From NCBI GenBank assembly GCA_943788005.1, contig CALSOP010000003.1:68690-132689 (forward strand): DNA of 64,000 bases, written 5' to 3'. This DNA is from an uncultured Gammaproteobacteria bacterium. Lineage in GTDB: Bacteria > Pseudomonadota > Gammaproteobacteria > Eutrophobiales > Eutrophobiaceae. The position numbers and the translations under genes are program-made. The notes below the pieces were generated by a model, which saw only the letters and a program-made list of their open reading frames with translations, did not search any database and had not been told where the DNA came from. Positions 10,185-18,442 of the stretch are shown piece by piece (the stretch's first letter is position 1; each line of letters begins with the position of its first letter).

Positions 10185-10203
10185 TTGCTGACTAAGCTGA
10201 AAT

Positions 10204-10231
10204 AAAAAAAGGGTCGTAAGACCCTTTTTTT
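10204..10231. terminator. bidirectional rho-independent terminator after pqqA / cytochrome b561
   Basis: aaaaaaa-gggtc-gtaa-gaccc-ttttttt: a GC stem with a tetraloop, flanked by A7 and T7. Confidence 0.75.
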
Positions 10232-10300
10232 ACGCCTACAGGGAAGTAGGCGGTAGAGCTGCGCTCGGAGCAAGCAGCCGAGATCAGATATAACTTTTCT

Positions 10301-10831
10301 TTATGAAAACCACATCCTCTTAAACAATTCGGTTTCCTTCCTTTTCATGTGATACACCACACCTGCTATATGCATGACTAACAATACGACTAGACATATA
10401 GCGCTAATTTCATGTATCAGGGTAAACAATTCATTCATTTCCGGATTTTTATCAGCCCACCTTGGAAGCGGGATACCCCAGAATTTCGTATTGTACTTGG
10501 TAAATGAAGATGAGATATAACCTGAAACAGGTTGTATAAACATCATTAAATATAATAAATGATGAGTTGCTTTTGCCATTTTTTGATGTGTTGCTGACAC
10601 AATATCTGGCAAAGGTGGTGATGTTGAGATGAGTTTCCAAATCAGTCTGACAATAGCTAATAATGCCAACGTCAAACCAAGTGATTTATGCAGGGTAAAA
10701 AACCAGGTGCGTTCTTCTGAGCCTTTAGGCAAATCAGACATATAAACACCCATACAAATCATGGCAATGATCATAATAGCCATAAGCCAATGGATTATTA
10801 TGGCCGTAGTACTGTAACGCTGAATTTCCAT
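10301..10831 (-). CDS. cytochrome b561 family protein (CybB/YceJ-like)
   Basis: 176 aa with four TM helices and conserved His ligands (IIHWLMA…, TLHKSLG, ATHHLLY, LIHEISA). Confidence 0.8.
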   Translation of the reverse strand: MEIQRYSTTAIIIHWLMAIMIIAMICMGVYMSDLPKGSEERTWFFTLHKSLGLTLALLAIVRLIWKLISTSPPLPDIVSATHQKMAKATHHLLYLMMFIQPVSGYISSSFTKYNTKFWGIPLPRWADKNPEMNELFTLIHEISAICLVVLLVMHIAGVVYHMKRKETELFKRMWFS

Positions 10832-11015
10832 GATATTTGATATACCCCAAGTGTTAATGTCTTAAATAGTGATTCCGTGAACTATCTGGCATTTGGCCAT
10901 TAATATCAGGATAATACTATCTCAATATGACATTTGGTTAAATAACAGCCATATATGGATTTTAAACAAATTAATAACATCCAAAAGGGTTTAAAAATCA
11001 GGTAACAAAATAATA

Positions 11016-11576
11016 ATGCGCCATTATCTTATCCTCACTTTATTATTCATACTCAGTTTCTCTGTAATGACTTCGGCGTCTGCTAATGAGTATCAATTAT
11101 TAGTATCAAAGAAAAATAATGAGCTTATTGTTGAAAAATCTGGACAGATAGTAAAAAAATATCATATTGCTAGTGGCAAAGGCGGTAAGGGAACCAAGCG
11201 TTTGCGTGGTGACAGTAAAACCCCTTTAGGTAGATATAGAGTAGCTAGTGTAAAAGAAAGCAGCCGCTTTCATTTCTTCATCCAGTTAGATTACCCAAAC
11301 TTGATAGATGCCTGGTACGGTTACAAAAATGAAATTATTGATGCAAATAATTTTAAACGTATAGCTACTGCATACAAAAAGCGTGAAGCGCCCCCACAAG
11401 ATACTGAATTAGGCGGCTTCATTGGGATACATGGCTTGGGTATTACTAATGAAGAAAAATTAAACATTCATGAGTCTTTCAATTGGACTGAAGGCTGTAT
11501 TGCTTTAACCAATGAAGAAATAAATGAACTGAAAAACTTTATCGCCATTGGCACACAAGTCATCATTAGAGAATAA
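11016..11576 (+). CDS. L,D-transpeptidase (YkuD-fold) family protein, secreted
   Basis: Signal peptide and the catalytic motif IGIHG…FNWTEGCIALTNEEINEL (His…Cys of YkuD domains). Confidence 0.8.
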   Translation: MRHYLILTLLFILSFSVMTSASANEYQLLVSKKNNELIVEKSGQIVKKYHIASGKGGKGTKRLRGDSKTPLGRYRVASVKESSRFHFFIQLDYPNLIDAWYGYKNEIIDANNFKRIATAYKKREAPPQDTELGGFIGIHGLGITNEEKLNIHESFNWTEGCIALTNEEINELKNFIAIGTQVIIRE

Positions 11577-11670
11577 GCAACCGGTGCTCAATAAATATCA
11601 ATCATGTCTATTCGCTAACCTTTTTGCCATACAAAAGTTATTGTTTCGCATAGCATTTGGCAAACTGTCA

Positions 11671-12132
11671 ATGCAAGTTATTAGCCTGTGCTTACTTGTA
11701 TTTCTACTGGGCTGTACAAATGAGACGGATCAGCTTTATGAAGAAACAACACAAAAATCTTTTGCGAATGTTGTTCAGGACGCTGAATTCGCCATCACCG
11801 AAAACAATTTTCGCATCACAAATCGACTGCATATAGGTAGTGCTATTAAAAAACGTGGCAGCATCGATTTTCCGCAAAATGAGATCATATTATTTTGTAA
11901 TCTTACTATCGCTGAAGAAATGCTAAAGATTGAACCTCGCTATATTAATTATTGTCCATACAAGGTAACAATCACTGATTCTGATGGGTATATCACTATA
12001 GGGACACGTTTGTTACCGCTTAAGACAAGCAACCCAAAAATGGATAAAGTAGCTAAAAACCTTAATAAAATATTACGCTCAATGGTAGAATATGCCGCAT
12101 CTGAAGACCCATTTATTCTTGAACAAAATTAG
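11671..12132 (+). CDS. DUF302-like lipoprotein
   Basis: Start chosen at the internal ATG, giving the lipoprotein signal MQVISLCLLVFLLGC. The body (FAITENNFRI…EIILFCNLTIAEEMLKIEPRYINYCPYKVTI…) fits the DUF302 pattern from memory. The ORF track's longer 11548 start overlaps the upstream gene. Confidence 0.55.
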   Translation: MQVISLCLLVFLLGCTNETDQLYEETTQKSFANVVQDAEFAITENNFRITNRLHIGSAIKKRGSIDFPQNEIILFCNLTIAEEMLKIEPRYINYCPYKVTITDSDGYITIGTRLLPLKTSNPKMDKVAKNLNKILRSMVEYAASEDPFILEQN

Positions 12133-12150
12133 AAAGGGTATTATTTAATA

Positions 12151-12897
12151 ATGAAAGAACATCCAGAACATAGTCTCTTACTTCGCTGGCTAATTTTAAC
12201 TGGCCTTATCGTATTTGCTTTAATTGTTGCCTGGAATGAAGGCATCATCTCCTCATTATTTAGCGTCGACCAAAGTAATATTTGTTGGGTAATTGCATTG
12301 GCATACCTGTTAGTCTCCCTGCATTGCGCGCGAAGAATTTATACGCTTTCATTACAAACAAATTTATCTATCGAAGTTGATGGCATTATTAAAAATGAAG
12401 ATAAGCTCGATTTAACGATAAATGACGAAGAAGTCATGATTAATTCAAAAATTAAGCTGCCCGATTGCTTCATGACAGAATATATTAGAGATCTACATTA
12501 CCGTTATAACAATAAAAACAATACCGAAGACTCCGGCGGCTCATCTACTGATTTAATTGATGTTTATGAATCTCGTTTAAAAGGCCCTCAAGAAATCGGC
12601 TGGTTTGTTTCCGATATGATGTTAAAACTAGGTCTACTCGGCACTATTATCGGTTTTATTTTTATGCTGGGTTCAGTTGCCAACATTGCTGATTTTGATG
12701 TCAGTGGTATGCAAAAGATATTGAAGCACATGAGTAATGGTATGGGCACTGCTCTATATACGACACTTGCGGGATTAACCTGTAGTATTTTGTCTGCCAC
12801 TCAATACCACATGCTAGATCGTCACGCAGATGAGCTTATTGAGTTAACTCGCCATCTAACTCAAGTCCATGTCATTCCAAAGATCACAGGGAACTAG
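12151..12897 (+). CDS. MotA/TolQ/ExbB-family proton-channel protein
   Basis: C-terminal channel signature KLGLLGTIIGFIFMLG … GMGTALYTTLAGLTCSILSA. Hydrophobic helices are arranged 2+2 around a ~90-aa loop, as in MotA. Confidence 0.8.
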   Translation: MKEHPEHSLLLRWLILTGLIVFALIVAWNEGIISSLFSVDQSNICWVIALAYLLVSLHCARRIYTLSLQTNLSIEVDGIIKNEDKLDLTINDEEVMINSKIKLPDCFMTEYIRDLHYRYNNKNNTEDSGGSSTDLIDVYESRLKGPQEIGWFVSDMMLKLGLLGTIIGFIFMLGSVANIADFDVSGMQKILKHMSNGMGTALYTTLAGLTCSILSATQYHMLDRHADELIELTRHLTQVHVIPKITGN

Positions 12898-12904
12898 TTA
12901 GAAG

Positions 12905-13498
12905 ATGAGCATTAAAGATCGTCTCCGCTCCGACCCGTTCACGGATCTGCTGTTTAATGCACTTCTAGGGTTTACGTTTTTGTTTCTGGTTGCCATCATG
13001 TTTATGAACCCGGAGGCAAAATCAGGCATTATTGACCCTAAGGCAGAATACATATTAACCATCACTTGGGAAGACAATAGCCCTGATGATGTCGACGTCT
13101 GGGTGGAAGACCCTGAAGGTCAGATACTCTGGTTTAGAACACCTGAAGCAGGATTATTACACCTAGATCGCGATGATCGAGGTCTGGTTAATGACACAAT
13201 CACCATCGCAGGAGAGGAAGTTCAAAACCCACTGAATCAGGAAGTGGTAACACTCCGAGGTGTTGTAAAAGGCGAATATATTGTCAACCTCCATTATTAT
13301 GCATCAGAAACTGGTACGCCTGTAGATGTAAATGTGAGGTTGGTCAAAGTAAATCCAAAATTGGAAGTTGTATATTATGGAACAGTGAACCTTGAAAAAA
13401 GAGGTGATGAAAAAACAGCTGTACGATTTAAGATTGGCGGTGATGGCGACGTATACGGCATAAACTTTCTGCCAAAATCTCTTGTTCAACTTGGTTAA
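12905..13498 (+). CDS. membrane-anchored protein with ExbD/TolR/MotB-like Asp-containing TM helix and an unassigned beta-rich periplasmic domain
   Basis: N-terminus SDPFTDLLFNALLGFTFLFLVAIMF mirrors the ExbD/TolR motif (P-[FL]-x-D-V-x-x-x-L-L). The rest (DVDVWVEDPEGQILWF…GEYIVNLHYY…PVDVNVRLV) looks like a beta-sandwich reminiscent of YfaP/DUF2135-type domains, judged from memory and unverified. Confidence 0.5.
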   Translation: MSIKDRLRSDPFTDLLFNALLGFTFLFLVAIMFMNPEAKSGIIDPKAEYILTITWEDNSPDDVDVWVEDPEGQILWFRTPEAGLLHLDRDDRGLVNDTITIAGEEVQNPLNQEVVTLRGVVKGEYIVNLHYYASETGTPVDVNVRLVKVNPKLEVVYYGTVNLEKRGDEKTAVRFKIGGDGDVYGINFLPKSLVQLG

Positions 13499-13524
13499 AA
13501 AATAATAACGTTGGAGAAATTATT

Positions 13525-14037
13525 GTGATATTGGGTATAACTGGCATTATTTCAGCCTATATTTTAATTGGCTTACTTCTACTGAGCATAAATCTTTATT
13601 CAAAATGGTCATGGAAAGTTAAGGCAGCGAGCATCATTATCACCTCTGCATTTTATGTAGTGACTTATTATTCATTTCCTCCATTACTTGGTTGGCCCAC
13701 AACTGAGAATTTACCCTCACAATTTCGATTGATCTCAGCACACGTAGAACAACCTAATAAGGAAACAGGGAAAGAAGGTTCTATCTATCTTTGGTTAGCC
13801 GAGATAGAAAATATGTCAAGCACATCCGCACCACGCGCCTATGAATTACAGTATTCAAATGAACTACATGAAAAAATCGTCAATGTTAAAGCCAAACTGG
13901 ATAAGGATATCGCGCAATTAGGTGAGTTTAAGGAGCCTGATGACACAATGAATCAAGTTGAAGAACAACGACGTGGTGTTAAATCAGTATATATTGAATT
14001 TTATGATTTACCTGACCCACTCTTTCCAGACAAGTAG
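13525..14037 (+). CDS. hypothetical 2-TM membrane protein
   Basis: GTG start with SD GGAG upstream. Two N-terminal hydrophobic helices, then a ~110-aa soluble domain. No family recognised. Tight spacing within the operon. Confidence 0.4.
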   Translation: MILGITGIISAYILIGLLLLSINLYSKWSWKVKAASIIITSAFYVVTYYSFPPLLGWPTTENLPSQFRLISAHVEQPNKETGKEGSIYLWLAEIENMSSTSAPRAYELQYSNELHEKIVNVKAKLDKDIAQLGEFKEPDDTMNQVEEQRRGVKSVYIEFYDLPDPLFPDK

Positions 14038-14051
14038 GAGGCATTGAATAA

Positions 14052-15554
14052 TTGAATAGAAACATTACGTCTCTATTATTCTTTTTAACATTATCGGCAT
14101 ATTCCGGATACGCATCTGCCTGGAATATATTAACCGATAACCTTGATGTCAGTTGCCAACAGTCTGATGTTGTTCTTAACTGCGCATATCGAACGCTATT
14201 ATCTGAGACAACCCCTGACATATCTGCAAATTCAAACGGAAACAATCTTCAAGTAACTAAAACGAGCCAACCCTCCGAAGCTAACAGCACAACCGCAATT
14301 TTATTTCTCGTTGATACAAGCGATCCTAACAGACAGAATGTTATCGAAAAAAATAAATCTCACATTAAAGAACTTTTAACTATAACCAATCCAGCTCATA
14401 AAATCGGACTGGCATCATTTGATAAGTCTGTACAGCTCTTATCTCCGATAGGGACTTCAAGGTTCTTATTCTCGAAGTCAATTAACACTTTACAAGCACA
14501 AGGTAAAACAACTGAACTATATCGCAACCTTATAAAAGCAATTGACCACCTCAGGTCCTTTGATGAGAATAGAAAATTAATTGTATTAATGTCTGATGGT
14601 CAAGCCGAAGATAAGGCTTACTTTCATACAGATGTCATCAAGGCTGCAAGAAAATACGGCGTGGTAATTAATTCTATAGGATATCCCAGATCAATTTCAT
14701 TATCCGTATCTTTACAGACAATCAGAAGACTGAGTGAAGAGACGGGTGGCAACTACTTTGAAACTGACATGAGCTATGAATTGCCATCTAATAAATTGAA
14801 ACCATTGGTTAACAATCTGGACAATGGTGGTAAATTTTCTGTTGCTTTAGATTCTCTATCCCAAGACAACCCGCTACCTAACAAAATAACGCTTTCATTC
14901 AAAAGTGCGTCCGGGGTGGAGAATATAAACGTACCAGTGAAAGTAAAAGCCACAACTAGATCTGTGCAGATGCAACCCAGCATCCCTGTCGCAGAAGTTC
15001 TGTCGTCTAACAAAGTAACTCTAGAGAATAATCCACCAATCCAAATAGTAACTAAACAAAATGACAATCAAGCAATCAACTTGTGGCTTTGGTATGGTCT
15101 TCCTTCTGCGTTCATCATTATAATTATATTTATTCTAATCACATTGTTTTTATTATGGAATCGACGTTCTGAAGCACCCACGGTTTCGGATAGTAATTAT
15201 AAGCCCTATGCTTATTTAATTGCTAATGATGGCACCAATACACGGTATCCTATAACACGTACAATTTGGCGAATTGGCAGAAGTAAAGACAATGAATTAA
15301 GCTTGAATGACACCTCATTCTCGAGGCGTCATGCCGAAATTCACAGAAACAATAATGGGTCGTTTGATATTATAGATATGAACTCGATGAACGGGGTATA
15401 CATCAATAATGAAAAAGTCGGTAAAACAGAACTCCATGAGGGCGATGTTATAGAGATCGGAGATGTCTTTCTAAATTTCACACAATTGCCTTCTGATCAC
15501 TCGCTTGAAGAATCAACCGTCATGCAAAAAACAAAAGTCCCAATCACACACTAA
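14052..15554 (+). CDS. bitopic signalling-type protein: signal peptide + periplasmic vWA domain + TM + cytoplasmic FHA domain
   Basis: Signal peptide …GYASA. vWA motifs ILFLVDTSDPN, GKTTELY and VLMSDGQAED. TM segment LWLWYGLPSAFIIIIIFILITLFLLW. FHA signature WRIGRSKDNELSLNDTSFSRRHAEI…NSMNGVYINNEKV. TTG start 10 nt after AGGAGG. Confidence 0.8.
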   Translation: MNRNITSLLFFLTLSAYSGYASAWNILTDNLDVSCQQSDVVLNCAYRTLLSETTPDISANSNGNNLQVTKTSQPSEANSTTAILFLVDTSDPNRQNVIEKNKSHIKELLTITNPAHKIGLASFDKSVQLLSPIGTSRFLFSKSINTLQAQGKTTELYRNLIKAIDHLRSFDENRKLIVLMSDGQAEDKAYFHTDVIKAARKYGVVINSIGYPRSISLSVSLQTIRRLSEETGGNYFETDMSYELPSNKLKPLVNNLDNGGKFSVALDSLSQDNPLPNKITLSFKSASGVENINVPVKVKATTRSVQMQPSIPVAEVLSSNKVTLENNPPIQIVTKQNDNQAINLWLWYGLPSAFIIIIIFILITLFLLWNRRSEAPTVSDSNYKPYAYLIANDGTNTRYPITRTIWRIGRSKDNELSLNDTSFSRRHAEIHRNNNGSFDIIDMNSMNGVYINNEKVGKTELHEGDVIEIGDVFLNFTQLPSDHSLEESTVMQKTKVPITH

Positions 15555-15562
15555 TTATTTAA

Positions 15563-16276
15563 TCAGACAATGGGACTTGTTAACTTAATATAATCATCAA
15601 TCAGCTCTGTCATGACTGATTCAACCAGCAATGGTTCATCCTGACCAAACCATTCTTGTTTGTTCTCAATAATTAACTTCGATATATTTTCTGCGGAAAC
15701 CTTCCCATTATCATTTTGACACTGCGCGGAAGCATTAACTAACAATGAAGTTGCTGCTCCCATTACTATTTCTTTATGTTTTTGTAATACGGCATCTTGT
15801 TCCACAACAATCTGATTTTGACTGTTCTGTTCAGGCTTAACTGTTTGAATAACAAAGGCTATTAATGTACTAAATTCATCAGGAACCGATATTCGACTAA
15901 CCACAGCCCAACGGTATAGATTAATAGGCAAAACTTCCCATTTATCATCTGAGTTGTCGGCATTTAAAACTAATAATAGTTTATTGTGAACACACTCCTG
16001 TGCATGCATCCATAATTCATCTATCTTCATTGAAACGTTATCATCAGGTTCTTTAGTATCTGGATTTATACCAAATAATAAGGGGATCCCTTCTTTCTGC
16101 AGCAACCATTTATCTTTACATATCCATTTTTCATATAACTTTTGTAATCTTAAGTGCTCTTCATCATAGATTTTTTTTTCACGTTCACCCATCGTCATTT
16201 CTATAGGAGCATTCGGTACTGATATTTCCTTATCAAGGCCAAATAATGATGTTTTAATTTTATTAATAATATTCAT
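15563..16276 (-). CDS. hypothetical protein
   Basis: 237-aa ORF with no recognisable motif. Lies 16 nt downstream of the DUF455 gene on the same strand. Confidence 0.4.
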   Translation of the reverse strand: MNIINKIKTSLFGLDKEISVPNAPIEMTMGEREKKIYDEEHLRLQKLYEKWICKDKWLLQKEGIPLLFGINPDTKEPDDNVSMKIDELWMHAQECVHNKLLLVLNADNSDDKWEVLPINLYRWAVVSRISVPDEFSTLIAFVIQTVKPEQNSQNQIVVEQDAVLQKHKEIVMGAATSLLVNASAQCQNDNGKVSAENISKLIIENKQEWFGQDEPLLVESVMTELIDDYIKLTSPIV

Positions 16277-16292
16277 GACTATTTAATTTCTA

Positions 16293-17087
16293 TTAGTTCA
16301 CTGCAAGATAATCCAATTCTGACTGACTAAATCCGGCCATCAACCTCGCTTCATAATTTATCTTCTTTGTATTATTTGAAGGCAAAAATTGTTCAGCTAT
16401 CTGCTTAAATTTTTCTTCTGGATCCAATTTTAATTTTTCACATTGGTAGCGATACCACTTTGTTCCTGTCTTAACGTGGCCAATTTCTTCTTCAAGAATT
16501 AATTCAAGCATAGAAGTCGTTGACTCATCATTAATTTGACGAAATCGAGAAATCAAGTCTGGCGTTACATCCAGTCCTCGTGCTTCCAATATACGCGGCA
16601 CTACTGCCAATCGTAGTAATACATCATGCGAGGTCTGGTCTGCTATATCCCAAAGACCATTATGTGCGGTAAAATCACCATACTCATAACCTAAGGTATG
16701 TAATTGACTCTGTAACATCTGAAAATGTTTAGTTTCTTCCGCAGCGACTCTCGTCCAATCAAAATAGAAATCATCAGGCATATCCTGAAAGCGATATATT
16801 AAGTCCCATGCAAGATTGATTGCATTAAACTCTATATGCGCAATGGAATGTATCATTGCTGCCCTACCCTCATCATTTTGCATATTACGTCTTGGCAAAT
16901 CTCTTGGATCAATAAGCGTTGGCTTGTCTGGTCGACCGGCTTTTACTATTTTAATATCATTATCAATTGGACTAACCTCAGTACTGCCAGATAAAATATT
17001 GCTTGCAGCCAGTTCTGATAAGACTAATTTTTCATCTAGCCTCGATTCTGACAAACACTGATAAGCAAGGGAAAATAGATTATCCAC
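16293..17087 (-). CDS. DUF455 ferritin-like (di-iron) family protein
   Basis: HIEFNAINLAWD…AAEETKHF…EARGLD…LEEEIGHV: the E/H metal-ligand pattern of DUF455. The start overlaps the tilS stop. Confidence 0.75.
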   Translation of the reverse strand: MDNLFSLAYQCLSESRLDEKLVLSELAASNILSGSTEVSPIDNDIKIVKAGRPDKPTLIDPRDLPRRNMQNDEGRAAMIHSIAHIEFNAINLAWDLIYRFQDMPDDFYFDWTRVAAEETKHFQMLQSQLHTLGYEYGDFTAHNGLWDIADQTSHDVLLRLAVVPRILEARGLDVTPDLISRFRQINDESTTSMLELILEEEIGHVKTGTKWYRYQCEKLKLDPEEKFKQIAEQFLPSNNTKKINYEARLMAGFSQSELDYLAVN

Positions 17088-18442
17088 TATGATTGAATAG
17101 CTTTATCATACCCAGACCACACTATCTGCCATGATGGCTCATCAAGTTCTGCAGAGTAGTTTATATCGACACAGACACCAGGTATTGCAGCTAACGTGTC
17201 ATTAACATAAACCAAAGGAAACCTGTCTCGTACCCATGGCAAAACACCTCGCTCTTGAAATAATTGCTTCACCGTTTTTGTATGAACATTATTATTCGGC
17301 TGTATCTTCTCACCACCATGTCTGTATTGAACGCTGATACTTGCATTGTCTATTTTTTCCTTGGATAGCCCGCTTCCAATTTCCGATCTTGCTATTAATG
17401 TCTCGTCCATGATTTCTAAAGGGCGGGCAAGATCCCATGCATAATCAACCCTATCAAAACCTTTATCTACCTTTTTGGATGCATATAAAAATGCTCTATA
17501 TTTCCTTACTTCAACATTCTTCCAATTGACGCAAGACGCATTGTCACTCGTAGAATTAATCAAACCTGAAAAGATTTGATTAATATGCTTCGAAGCGGGC
17601 GTTTCCAATTGTAATTCTTGCAGCCAGGTAAAGACTATATTCTTCTGCCTAGTAACACTTAAGCTTCTTAAATTCTCTAGACTTAGTTTATTTTCATGCA
17701 TCACTAATTTCAGGTCTTCAAGTCCAACTTCATTCATTAATGATGCACAATCTTGCTGATGATTTACTAAACGACTAATCGTTTCGCGATAAGCAGGCCA
17801 TCGTTTCTCAAACGTTGGAATAATATTATTTCTTAAGTAATTCCTATCATACTTCGTATCCGCATTACTTAAGTCCTCTTTCCATGTCAGACTATTCGCC
17901 TTCGCGTATGCGAGTAATTCTTTTCGACAATAGTTTAATAGTGGACGAACATGTATGGCATTAGCAAACTCTTTAAATAACGGCATTGAGGCTAAACCAC
18001 GCGGGCCAGCTCCACGTAGCGCTTGCAGGAGGAATGTTTCCACCTGATCATCTTGATGATGCGCAGTGAACAGTAAATCACCCTTGTTCATGACTTGAGC
18101 AATCAGTTCGTAACGTTTTTCTCTTGCCCAAGCTTCAACACTCTCACCCTTTGGCACTGTCTCATTGATATTTAACTGGGTGAAAGACAGATCATAGCTG
18201 TCACATTGACTTCTACAAAAATCACCCCATTCAGCGCTCTCATCTTGTAGACCATGATTCACATAAACGACTTCAAGTGCTTGCTCTATCTTCACTTTAT
18301 TCAAAAATATCAGATGTAGTAAAACACTGGAATCCATTCCACCACTGCAGGCTATCCAAATTTTTTTCGCCTGATGAGACGTATTGAGTATTAAATCAAA
18401 ACTATATTGTGAGAGTAGACTTGTCGTCACAGAATTGTTCAT
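17087..18442 (-). CDS. tilS: tRNA(Ile)-lysidine synthase
   Basis: PP-loop ACSGGMDSSVLLHL, HHQDDQVETFLL, and a conserved C-terminal domain. Conserved position downstream of accA. Confidence 0.9.
   Translation of the reverse strand: MNNSVTTSLLSQYSFDLILNTSHQAKKIWIACSGGMDSSVLLHLIFLNKVKIEQALEVVYVNHGLQDESAEWGDFCRSQCDSYDLSFTQLNINETVPKGESVEAWAREKRYELIAQVMNKGDLLFTAHHQDDQVETFLLQALRGAGPRGLASMPLFKEFANAIHVRPLLNYCRKELLAYAKANSLTWKEDLSNADTKYDRNYLRNNIIPTFEKRWPAYRETISRLVNHQQDCASLMNEVGLEDLKLVMHENKLSLENLRSLSVTRQKNIVFTWLQELQLETPASKHINQIFSGLINSTSDNASCVNWKNVEVRKYRAFLYASKKVDKGFDRVDYAWDLARPLEIMDETLIARSEIGSGLSKEKIDNASISVQYRHGGEKIQPNNNVHTKTVKQLFQERGVLPWVRDRFPLVYVNDTLAAIPGVCVDINYSAELDEPSWQIVWSGYDKAIQS

Noticed and set aside
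10082-10273. 63-aa minus-strand ORF from the track
   Set aside because: It lies antisense over pqqA and runs straight through the bidirectional terminator hairpin. It has no SD and a low-complexity sequence. The plus-strand pqqA explains the locus.
12151-13498. Zorya-type (ZorA/ZorB) anti-phage system
   Set aside because: The MotA-like protein is short (248 aa) and lacks the long ZorA tail. The partner lacks a MotB/OmpA peptidoglycan-binding domain, and no ZorC/D- or ZorE-like nuclease or helicase genes follow. The neighbourhood is core and envelope-related rather than a defence island.
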